The notes under the pieces were generated by a model. The model did not search any database. It saw nothing but the letters and a program-made list of their open reading frames with translations, and was not told where the DNA came from. A DNA stretch of 64,000 nucleotides from the human T2T-CHM13v2.0 reference genome, Homo sapiens, in assembly GCF_009914755.1 (NCBI RefSeq), contig NC_060938.1; one strand, given 5' to 3'. Both the position numbers and the translations under genes were made by a program. This document shows, piece by piece, positions 43,528 to 56,740 of the stretch (the stretch's first letter is position 1; every line of letters begins with the position of its first letter).

Positions 43528-44422
43528 CCCTAAATATTATTAGAAGACTGTTCAATTTAAAAGTAGTATTTATAGTTATCTTAAATTTCCCAGGCACTGA
43601 GTCTATGTGTAAAGGAACAGGGAATATGGGTCCAAATTGAATACTTTATTCGATCTTCAAAGCACAAATAAATTGCTGTCATACTTTGAATGGTTTGCAC
43701 ACTGTAAAAATTATCCTCTCGCTATTTGATGTTAACCAGAAACTGAGCAGATACAATATTATATATGTGAGTTCCTATGCAAGGAATAAACTTACTGTGA
43801 TTTTTTCTATAATTATGATTACAGTTGGAAAGATTAAAGTTTCTATGCCAGTTTTTTAAAAAGAAGTAAGGAAAGGCGATGTTTGTCAAATGCAAAGAGG
43901 AAGACATTTTATTTTTAGTTTCCTAAGAGATTATTAAAAATAACATTTCATAAAAACTACTTCTAAGGTTATTTGAAATACTTCATTTATATGACACCAG
44001 TTTCTAATTTAAACATAATTGGAGAGAATAAATTGGGAATAAATTACATAGAAAAGGAGGTAAAAGCACATGCCACTGACTAGTGGTTTCTATAGCAGTC
44101 TCTTTGACTATTATAGTCAATAAGACTACAGTCAGAAGGTTTGCATTTTGCCAGTCACTCTCCTGAAGACAAAATTATTCTTTCCATAATCTAGCAACAT
44201 CTACTCTAGGGACTACACAACAGAATAAATAAAAACTGAAAAGTAACTTGAAAAAGTCAACTATTACAATTGTAATTCAACAAAATTCAATCAACTAACC
44301 AACTGAGCTCTAGTTAGATTTCACCCAAACCATTCCACCAATTGTTACGTTTTGGCTCTAAAGCTCACCATGGTATGAGGTGTTGAAATTCCAATCATAT
44401 TGATTCAAAATTAACAATGCTC

Positions 44423-44720
44423 AGCCAGGTGTATGGCCCACGTCTGTAATCCCAGCACTTTGGGAGGCCAAGGGGGGTCAGATAACTTGAGCCCAAGTGT
44501 TTGAAACCAGCCTGGGCAACATGGCGAAACCCTGACTCTATAAAAAATAGAAAAATTAGCCAGGTATGGTGGCGCACACCTATAGTCCCAGCTACTCAGG
44601 AGGCTGAGGTGGGGGGACCACTTGAGACTGGGAGATGGAAATTTCAGTGAGCTGAAATGACACCACTACACTCCAGCCCAAGCAACAGAGTGAGACCTTG
44701 ACTAAAAGACAAACAAAAAA
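44423..44720 (+). mobile_element. AluJ (antisense to KCNH5)
   Basis: cttgagcccaag...cagcctgggcaacatggcg AluJ diagnostics, TSD aatgctc. Confidence 0.92.
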
Positions 44721-44916
44721 AATGCTCTATAAAATTTCTTACTCATGCTATAAGTTAACCAATCTATATTTCAACTTTGGATAGACATGCCATTTCTATT
44801 CCAACAGTATGATTGAATAAAACAGATTCCAAGCAATGAAGCAAAAGAAAGGCCACATAGTAGAATTTTGTTTTCCAGTTCAATCAGCAGAGGTAAAACA
44901 GTAAGAAGATCTTTTA

Positions 44917-45225
<309 letters not shown>

Positions 45226-47068
45226 TTACTACAAACAATCCGTAAACCTTTAATTTTGTATCAACTACCAGTTGTTCAAATTTAATAAACACAGTATACA
45301 CGCCAAAATATCAAAATTCTAAAGTAAAGCACAGGCTGTCATTTCACAATGCAGGAACACAAAGGCAGTCTTGCTACTTAAGCAATCCCAGCAACACCTG
45401 TAGGTCTGGGTCCCTCAACCACTGCTGCTCTCACCAACTTTCTTCTGAGAGTCTTACCAATTGTGATCACTCCTACCTGCTTCTCTCGTCATGTCACTTT
45501 GACAAGTGTTTCCAATTAACTGCAACAGCCATACCTGATCTTCTAATAAGCATTCCTCTTGGAGGAACATCTAAAATACTGTTTCTATCCCAAGGCTCTC
45601 TCATCAGTCAGATAGACTTATATGATAGCTCTATGGCTTTGACAGCATCCCCACATCAGAGAGAGAGGATGTCAGCAAAACTTGATGTCCGATGTACACA
45701 GAGCTCTACCTGAAACTGTTAAGGCAGCCTGAAGAAAAATAGACGTGTCCCCAGCTTTTGAGATCCCCAGGCATCTTTTTGAGCCACTGCTGCCTACCTC
45801 CCTCACTTAAACAGCATGAAGCTGGACTCTATCACCTCGTTCTTCGAAGGATGGCTACTGCAGACTCTGCCCTCTAGGACAGAGGGTATCAAAGTATTCA
45901 AGGCTTATCATTTGGATAAGTCAGGAACTGGTATATAACAAATAGAAATATGTGAAGGCACAAGAAATGCCTTCAAAGGTGTAATTATCTGTTAGGTGAT
46001 AAAACACTGAAGGGAAGGTTCCATTACAATCAAAGAGACACATTTACATTACAATCAAAGAGACACTTTTCTCATTATATTCTCTTCATGCCACAGTGCA
46101 GTAAAGCCCCTCCAAATATTCTATTTTAAGACATAAAGGTTTTTGTAAGGTTTAGGATTTGGGGAGTGAAACGTGCAGGTATTAATAGTCTGTAGGTAAG
46201 ACCCTAGCCTTTTACTAGCTTCCATTAAGAACCGAATAAGAAGCACTTCTATTCCCATGGCCTAAAAAAATAAAAAATAAAAAAGTCACCTAATGTCACC
46301 ACAAAGGGGAATTTTTCATTTAGACAGGATGAGATAACTACCAGGCTCAAGAAGTCAGAGAATTAGAGAAAGGAGATTTCTATGGGACTATTCAGCTGTG
46401 ACAATCAGGTTTTCTGCAACCCCAGGGGGCCTATGGAAGGACGTGGCCCTTTCCAAAATGATGGTAGAATGAGACAGGGACCTCAAAAATAATCACATCA
46501 TCTCCCCGAGAGGCTTGTTCATTTTTTTCTGTTTTCGTATTTTACACAGCGTGACCAGGAACTGTGAGTGATGTGCACGGTTTTACAAATCACCAGACCC
46601 AGACGTTAGTGGATACATGGCCTGTAGCTATTCCAACACAGTAAGCTTGAGGCAGAAGGGTCATAAACAAAGAGAAAAGGGCACTAAAAAAATAAGTAAT
46701 TTTCCAAGGTCTGTTAGAAATCTGAACAGAAAGAGATGATGTTAGATTTCATGCCTTGCTGTGAAAACCGCAACTTTTCAAATTCTGGCACAGAGTCTGG
46801 GCTCTCTTTAAAACTGCTTTAGATATGAAGGTAATTGTTTTTCAACTTTCCAAGCCACAGGGTCATATTTCCCCAAGTAGGCTGAGTATCTGCCAAGTAT
46901 GTGGTGATAGATCCTTCATATTCTGGATTTGGGGTTCAGGGGGCTGGGGAGTCTGGGAGGGTTAAGTAGAGGAACCTGCTGTGGCTGAATCTCGGTGCAG
47001 TGCTCCAGCATTGATGACTTGGAGGAGCCTCGGCTATCAGTTCTGCATTTGAGTACACAGAAAGAGCC

Positions 47069-47236
47069 ATATATATATATTATATATATATTTTATATAT
47101 ATTATATATATTTTATATATATTATATATATATTTTATATATATTTTATATATTTTATATATATTATATATTATATATAGTATATATTATATATATTTAT
47201 ATTTATATACATAATATATATATTTATATATTTATA

Positions 47237-47267
<31 letters not shown>
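47069..47267. repeat. AT-rich (TA)n/TTTA low-complexity tract, expanded Alu tail
   Basis: ~200 bp containing only one G and one C. Lies inside the Alu TSD. Confidence 0.95.
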
Positions 47268-47549
47268 GAGACGGAGTCTCACTCTTTCGTCCAGGCCCAA
47301 CTGCAGTGGCACTATCTCGGCTCACTGCGAGCTCCACCTCCTGGGTTCATGCCATTCTCCTGCCTCAGACTCCTGAGTAGCTGGGACTACAAGGCGCCTG
47401 CCACCACGCCCGGCTAATTTTTTGTATTTTTAGTAGAGACGGGGTTTCACCGTGTTAACCAGGATGGTCTCGATTTCCTGACCTCGTGATCCGCCCGCCT
47501 CGGCCTTCCAAAGTGCTGAGATTACAGGTGTCAGCCACCGCGCCCGGCC
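47256..47549 (-). mobile_element. AluY-derived element (Ye/Yk-type diagnostics)
   Basis: Reverse complement reads gagatagtgccactgcagttgggcctggacgaaagag. Many CpGs intact. TSD agaaagagc(c/t)at at 47059-47070 and 47550-47561. Confidence 0.92.
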
Positions 47550-48254
47550 AGAAAGAGCTATCTTAAGCTCAGAGCTACCATTTCTTTCCCCACAGTAGAA
47601 ACAGCCCCCTGCTAATCAGAGCACTGGACCTACAGAACAGAGGCTGCAAACTAAAATTTCAATGGTGATGCATATTCAATCAGATGCCGCAATTCCCCCA
47701 TTTGCAAAATGGTGTTTAACTTAATTGCTTAAAGGACGTATTGGGAGAACTTGGCACATAGGCATTCCCAAAACAGTTTTCTGCAGACGTGAATTTTTCT
47801 ACCTAACACTTTTTTTAAATCACAAAAATATGCTTTTCTCAGCTGATGTTCAAAACCTTTCAGCTATTTACAAGACTTTTTAAAAGCTGCATTTAAATAG
47901 CAAAACTCCATTATAATACATGGATAACACCTATCCTTCACTAAAGAGGAAAACAAAAGCAAAACTCAATGTAGATAGTGCACAGAAAGGAGGCACAAGT
48001 TTTAACTTACAATGCTATGGGGTATATATCCCATTGGCTATAAGCAGGCACTTATCTGCATAGAGAGTTATCTGGAAAGAACCAGATAGGCCTGAACAAT
48101 GATCAGATAATAATTTCAATCCATTAACATAAGGCAAAATAACTAAACTACCTTGGAAAGACTTCTGGAAATGTAAAATTCAAGTAATTACTAAGATGAT
48201 TTAAAGTAAATAAACAGAAATTCCACTAAGATATTTTGTTGTGGTGGTTGTCAT

Positions 48255-48445
<191 letters not shown>

Positions 48446-49978
48446 CACCTACATATTTTTTGAGAAACTCAGGAACTATGGACTTGTCTTTGGGGCTTTA
48501 AAGTCAGGCAAATGTTTGTTTATTTTGCTTAAATGTCAGAGAGTGAATGACCTTAGTTATATAGAATATTCTTAAATTATTTGCTAAACTTGGAGCACAT
48601 ATCTAAATTATTGAAGGCTTAACAAACCATAGGAAAATGAAGGATTTTTTGGTATACAGGTCTCCTACAAATTATCAATATGTACTTAGACTTGGCAAAA
48701 AAAGACCCAGAAAGCACCTACAGTCTGCCTTTTCTCTTGCAGAGGACAGAGCTGACCATTCAGAAGGGATTGTTTTCTAGGTGACAAGCTAGCTGACATT
48801 TAGCTATGACTTCAAACTGAAATTCTCTTTGGGCTTGATGTAAAATGAAAAATAAGATAAGCCATTCCTTAAGTAAAATTACTAAAAACAAATGTTTCCA
48901 TTATCAAGTGCACTACTTTGAGGCAATGTCTCACGCTGTTATTCCTTTGTTAGTCTACTAATAAAAAGAGAAATCGAATTTTAATTCCAAATATTCCACA
49001 GATAAAAAATGTTTCAAGTAAATGGAGAGGATAAATTATGCTCCACAAGATCCAACAGGCACTGAACATGGAACAGGCGTTTCCTGTTGAAGCGAGAATG
49101 TTTTCCAAACTTGGGAAGAATTTAGTAACCATCAATTTCCATCAAAGATAATAGTAGACTTTGCTATCATTTGCTATTAACAATAAATAAATTGACTCAT
49201 CTTATGAAGTGACTGTTCATTTCAAAAAAGAAAGCAAGAACAATTTGAGGAAACAGCAAAAAGATAAATGTAAGTAACCATGCAAATAAAGTGAATTAGA
49301 AAGGGGAGTTGTTGAGTATACTGTTGGTTTTTGTCATGTTGGTTTTTTTCCCTCCAAACTCTGATGGAAAGTCTATATCACCAGATATTATGTCATTATA
49401 TAATGCATACCTTACCACATACAAATCTCATCCCAGAGAAAGGTCACAACAATCAACACAAATTTACCAAACGTGAATGACTTGTTCTGAGAACAACGAC
49501 TACTTCTACTAGGCTTTCTCACAAAAGAGTCTGAGGCTGGCAAAAGGCCATATTGGTAGAGATTCCCCTCAAGTAGCTACCACATATTCACATTGCCTAT
49601 GTTCGTGTCGAAAGGTAATTGCATATATCCAGTGTTAACAATTACCGTTTTCTTTAACCATAAGAAGAAATTAATACATGTATCTGTCAATTTTAATCGT
49701 TGTCACATAATTATAGGATCTTTATTATAAGTATTAATTACAAAATATTTTGCTGCCTGATACAAAAGTCATATTAAGATGCATCACATTTTTCTTCCAT
49801 TCCTCAAAAGGTTACTTTCCATAGGTAGAATTATTTATTAATTTTATTATCTAATTTCACCAGCAACCTCTGCCCCTGCCAAGAAAAGAAGCAACAGAAG
49901 GTTTACATGCTCTCTACATTTTAGCTCCACTACGACTTACCAAACATAATATTAATAAAGAGTTGGCACATCTTATTA

Positions 49979-50188
<210 letters not shown>

Positions 50189-50243
50189 TCAAATGTGGCT
50201 AGAAAATATAATATTGCTCCTACACAGAATAGTCAAATCATGA

Positions 50244-51326
50244 GAGGCAGTTCTTGCTTTACACAGTTCCTGTATGCACAGATTTCAGTCACTGTGGTTT
50301 AGTTAAATAACACCAGTTCCACAGCACAGTTCAAATTTCAGTTTCCACAGTATGTTAACTGTGAGTAATTGCACAAAGTGCAAGCTTTGCCACTTGATCT
50401 TCAGTCTACAAATCACTGGAAAATAACAGATGCACCTTCACAACCAGTCACTGATCACATCACTTCTTTCAAAGCCTGTCAGTATTGGAAACAGCACGGC
50501 TGTTACTCAGTTCACGCACAGACAGAAAAGCATGTAGTCATATTGCCTCCTTTTCTCTCAGTGATAAACCCATATGACATTTTACAAAAATGGATAATCA
50601 AAAGCAGTAAGTAGCCAACAAAAACTAAAGTCCACCAAAGAAATGAAAAATAATAATGTTGGAAGTGGAATTCAAATTGAACATAAATGAAGTTATAAGA
50701 GAAATAGGTGACCATGGAAATGTCAATACTACTGCCATTTGGGAGACTCTAAATATGCATCCAAAAGGACTTAGTGAAGGTGAGCTCATCCATATAAATG
50801 AAGAAAGTGGTTGTGACAAAAAGGATGAAGGTTTCCCAGAGGAGGTGACACCAGTTTAAAAACAAACCAAAAAAACCCTCCTTATTAAAGGAGCTCTAGT
50901 ACATTGATCACAATAGTGAAAGTGGAAGAATAAAATATTTGAAATTAATTCTAACTTAGAAAGGAGGATGACAATTTTCGAGAAGATAGAAAAGATGCTC
51001 TCTTTATACAGAAAGTTACATTCTGAAAAGCCAAAGAATTGTTTAAATGACTCATAAGTTTTTTAAGAAGAAATAAAACACTTCCTCCATTCTCAACGTT
51101 TCTAATGTTCAAAATCACAGTACACTAAATAAATATGAGTTTTACTATGATATCATCTCCCTGCATTGATAACCAACAGTAAGAGAGTTTTTATTGTTTT
51201 GACAAACATTTTTAAAGATGCTAAAACCATCATAATTTTTATTGAGTATTAAGATAGTATTATGTGGTTTCAGCTTGCATGGACCTTATGTTCCCATACT
51301 ATCATTAAAAAAGTGAGGATTGCATA
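50244..51326 (+). mobile_element. Tigger6a-like DNA transposon
   Basis: Degenerate TIRs aggcagttcttgcttt / aaagtgaggattgc. Internal atggataatcaaaag...aatgttggaagtggaattc resembles a pogo N-terminus. Confidence 0.7.
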
Positions 51327-51809
51327 TGATACATATAATGCATTGACATTCTCATCATTTCAGGGAATTTTCTTAAGATAGGTACAAGTGTGGCTAATGG
51401 AAGGGAAGTAAAGATGGCATCTTGAAGGAATCATACATTATTACAGTGGTTAGAGGAACATACAAAACATAGATTAAGGAGTGAATGTCCATATTCCACA
51501 AAAACTTTCTAATGTTTGACATTCTCTATTTTTCTAAGAGAACCTTGGCAAAAGTCTGATCATCTAAATAACAAAACTTGCCCAAGAACTACATGTCTCT
51601 AAAACTCCATTCTCAATGCTTTCAAATCATCAGTTGTACATCTGGTTTTAGATACACAGTTCTGCTGATCGGTATGATTGTCCAGACCATTTCTTCCACC
51701 AGGAAAGAAAATGTGGCATTACTAAACACCTTAACTAAGATTTTGAAAGATCAAAAGTCTGTCTTTGTTATTGCTTTTCTTTCAGTTTTCAAAGAGTTCA
51801 CATATTTAC

Positions 51810-51988
51810 TAGAGGCAGATCCAAAGTGTGGTGGAGGCTGAAGCTTATACAATTTGTGAAGCCCTCCTTAAGAAAAAGAATACAAAATTATAAAACAAGA
51901 TTACAAACAGAGCCTCGAAAGACATCCACTCAAATGAGGGCCCCTGAAGGTTCAGCTTCATTATAGGCTCACAGAAAATCTGCACCTG
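51810..51988. mobile_element. hAT-Tip100-type MITE
   Basis: Inverted termini agaggcagat / atctgcacctg with internal ctgaagcttatacaatt and gggcccctgaag motifs. Confidence 0.55.
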
Positions 51989-54830
51989 AAAATACCAATC
52001 AATAAAATTTACAACCTAAAAGGCATAGTTTTTCAGCAAGATCCAGTAATGACACACAGGATCCAATAGCAGCACCACATTACAACCAGAAATTACAGGG
52101 TAACTCAAGCCCACCTTCTATAACACCAACCTAAGCAACTAGAATTCTAGAAAGTCAGAAATGAAAGTGGGTAAGGCAGATCAAAGATTGTCCAAGCACC
52201 GAGAAACCTGAATCCTTCATTTTTAATATATTTAATTTAAAAAGGAAAATTTTAATTGTCATTAAAATAATAAAATAAGTAAAAGGATCTCAGAATAAAA
52301 TGACAGACTCTTAATTCCATAATCTTATATCTAGACTAACACAGGAAACCTCAAAGCACACCTGCAAGCTGGCACTGAAAAGCCACTGTTACTGTCAAAG
52401 CTGAAATTTCAGCTCATGAGAGTTTCATAAAAATTGCTTGAAGGCATTACAATTAAATTAGAATTATTCAGCTAAAGAACATAAAGCCACTTCTCTCCCA
52501 AAAAAATATTAGCTTAATATTGTACATAATATTTTTATAGACAAGTGAAATTTTTAAATCTTTTTTTACTAACTTTTATTTTTAATTAAAGAATCTTAAT
52601 AAAGCAGAAACATTTTAAAATTCAAGATAAGGGCAATTAAACTAAGTAAATATTTGTAGTCTTAAAAGAAAGAAAGAAAAACCATTTCACACTGCTACTA
52701 AATGACAGGTGTCTGTGGTTCAATAAACTGAAACATAATATTCGCAATTGGTCAACAGAAAAACAAAATAAGAAAGAATTTATGATATAACAAGCAACTA
52801 GGATAAAAATTATCAAAAATTAACTCCAATAAGATTTAAAAGTAAGTTACAACTCAAATTTAAAAAAGAAGCTCTTTGAGGGATTGGTTTAATAACACCA
52901 ACGAAGAAAAAATGCAACACAGGTCTGATGCAGCTCAACTTCTGAAGAGAAGATAAAAACAAACAAGCAATTTTTAAATAAACCATAAAAATTTCATAAT
53001 ACACCTCCATTAGTTAGTCCTTCCAATGCTAAAATCACTTATCCTAGGAAAATAAAGGCACTTAAGAAAAATAATCCTATATTATTAAAATCCGAATGCG
53101 GTTTTTAAAATAGTCTTTCATTTCTTACATTGTTCCACTCAGATTTTTCATTTATTATACCGCATATTTCCAGTGATAGAACATGTATTTGAAGGGGTGA
53201 CATGTAGCAGTTAAATAATAAGAGGTATTTCAAAACAGACTATAAAGAATGTCAGAAATGTACTATCTATCTATCCTCCCAAGGCAAGTGTTCTGGAGGT
53301 TAATTCAATCTCTGAAAGTATTTTCAGCCAAAGTTGTCCAAGCCATACTGATAAATCAATGATTCCCGCATTCTCTGTGGGTATGGCACATTTGTTTATT
53401 TGCTTGGCTTTGTCACATATGAATGCTGAAATGTTTTATCACAGGTTCCTGAAGCCTGACTCAGGATGACTGAAGCTCAATGCAGTCTTTGAATGGTTAA
53501 TCAATTTGAGGGGTCACAAATTATAGAAATAGTAATCAACGGGCTTTAGAAACCATATATAATAATTTTCCATAGTTTTCATATCTTCTACCAAATATCC
53601 TCAAGGAATATGTAACGGAAATATTTTTAAAATCACAAAACTTCCACTTGCTCTCTTACATAGGATGCCAAGCTCCTCCTTGGTAATTATAAATGAACTA
53701 CTGCACTGTTACTTTATTGAAAGGAAAATAGAATTGGATTCACAGAAGCAATCTATCTCTGTTATAATATTGGGCAGTCATGGTATAACAGAGGACTTTT
53801 GCATTTGGAGGACCACTTACAAAGTGGATAATTTATGGACAAGTCGTATATCCTCTCTGACCCATAGTTTCATCAGTAAAATAAGGACAATAATAATATA
53901 ACTCAAAGGGTGACAAAAGGATAATGCAAATAAAGTTACAAATTATAACGTGTTACACAATGGCTGAAATATGACTGGAATGTACGGATGGGACTAGAAT
54001 GCCCCTTCCCCACCCCAGCCTCACTCCCTAGCTTCTCCAGGATTCTCCAGGAACCATGCTTTCCAAAAGGCAGTGTGTCACTGTGTCTTAAAGGGAGATG
54101 TGCATGGTTCTGTGAATCTTCTTTCTTCACAAGCCCATGAGGTTGAAGCAAACGCTCACTCAGAACCTGCTCCTGTATAATCTGGCCACTTTTCTTGTCA
54201 CACAACTGACTGGTTTCATCTTGGGAATAAGGGATAAGTTGTCTTCAGGCCTGGTCTAGGCCATACCCAGCTCGCCTAGGCATCTGGCAGTTATCGTTCA
54301 TGTGTGTCTGACCTAGAAAACTTTGAGGAACAGGTGGTTTGGGCTTGTAGCAGGATTTATTTATTCTTGGATCCCTTGCTCTGCTCTCAAAATCTCACGA
54401 ACAAGCCTCATTATAGTACCTAGCGTAAGAATGGCTATAACGATTGACAGACTTCCAAAGGAGAAAAGAATCTTACAACTCTGAAGAAAACATAACCTAT
54501 TCATGAGTTCCACCAACCTCTCTTACTCTGCTAAATGTGCAACGGTGTGTCTAGACTAAAATGCAACAAACATTCAGTCACCATAATACAGGGTAATATT
54601 ATCTGCAGGCTGTAGTTCATAGATTAGCAAATCCTTCGTCAAAACAAAGCAACACAGATAGACTTAACGCAGTTGGTAAATGTGGTCTCCAGCTCAGAAG
54701 TGGCCACAACCATAGAATCATAAAGGTTAATGGGAGGTGGACTGAGATCTACAGTCGAAGGATCAAAAAAGATAAAGCCTGAGAGAGGGGAAGTTAAGGA
54801 GGAAAAATTAAAAACAAGAATACAGTTTTC

Positions 54831-55124
<294 letters not shown>

Positions 55125-56059
55125 AATACAGTTTTCAAAATCTGAAAGAGGTAATTTTGGAATAAATCAAAGACATTCCTTTATACAGAGGATCATAACC
55201 AAAAGGTTTCACAACCCATTGATTTACATGGTCTTCAAAGGATTTCACTGGAGTAAATAAATGGTTGATCCATGACATGTAATTAAGGAAAAACAGGGAT
55301 AGCACTGTATACCTGTAATCTTCGGAGTCTGACATCACCAAGACACCTCTGCCCTTCAACACTTTTCATCAGTCTCACCATGAGAAGCACAGCCCTCAGC
55401 CAAATGGAGCCGGACTGACTGGCATCCATCATGTGTCACATGCTCTTGGTAGCTGCTGAGATAATCCTGTGTTCATAAAACTGCTGTGAAATCTGCCCAA
55501 TAAACTGTTTCTTAATAGCTCTGACTCATTGTCTAACTTGATGGGGTTGGATAAGGGATTGTAAATGGTCTTTCAAAAAAATGTATCTGAGAGCATCTAT
55601 CTACCCCTCAATCCACCCTACCTAAACTACCTGATTGTTCTTCTCACCCCTCTATCCAAAACAAAAACAAAAAATGACAGCAGAATAGGCTCTTAAAAGT
55701 TTCAGGTTAATTAGAAGTAAAATGCTAAAGTGGTTCCTACCTAATCTATGACAGTATATCCCAAATGTCAGAGCTTCTACAGGTCATGAGATAAGATCAT
55801 ATGCTTTTAAATGTCATTCTCCCAAAGTCTATAACCTCTTTTAAACATGCGATACTTTTCATGTCCTCCAATAAACAGCAAAACAGTGCAAAGGCGTGGA
55901 AAATGCAGTGTCCACAGTAAAATGGACAACATTTGAAATTCCTAGGGATCCGAAAGTGTCATAGTGTCATAATTTTACCTAAAACAAAAATGAGACAATA
56001 CCTAGCACACATCAGATATTTTCAGATAGGAATTTCAGTACCATTATGACATAGCAAAA

Positions 56060-56740
56060 ATGTAGGAAAACCAGAATCCTCACTAATGGCTGCTGAGAAT
56101 GGAAACAGAAGGCTACTCTGTAACAGTCTTATAGCAGTTAATTTACAAACTCTGCATATATTCTATTATCCAGCAATCCCATTTCTGGGGATAGAGACAG
56201 AAAACGTCTCACACAGGGCCACAAGAAGATGTGTAGGACGATTCTTATTTCCAAGTTGTTTGAGGTAGCAAAGTGTCAAAGTTAGATTCCAGGACTACTA
56301 GAATGTATAAATAGAACGAAGGCTGTGAAGACACTACAACATTAGACAACAATCAGACATGATGAATAGATCATCATACGGTGACACAAAGAAGTCTAAA
56401 AACATAATGGTGAATGAAAAGAGTAAGAAACCATAAATATTACAGTGTGGTAGGAATTAAATAGATCTTAACAACCAACATATGCAAAGCAATATCATTT
56501 CAAGAATACACATATTTAATTAACAAGCAGAAGACAGATTAGAAAGACATACAATAAACACACTTTAGAATTAATAACCATAAGAGGAACAAGGGGGATG
56601 GGATGAAAGGGAAAAGAAATAAAAGGAAAAAAATAAAATAAAATAAAGAGAGACCTTGCTTAGAGAGAGCAAAATGACAATATTGTGACAAACTGAGGAG
56701 TATGTTTAATTTGATTCTGTGTGTCTGGTCCAATGTGGGA
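56060..56740 (+). mobile_element. old L1ME 3' fragment
   Basis: tatccagcaatcccatttctggggata and aaaacataatggtgaatgaaaagag are L1 3'-region motifs, heavily diverged. Confidence 0.55.
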
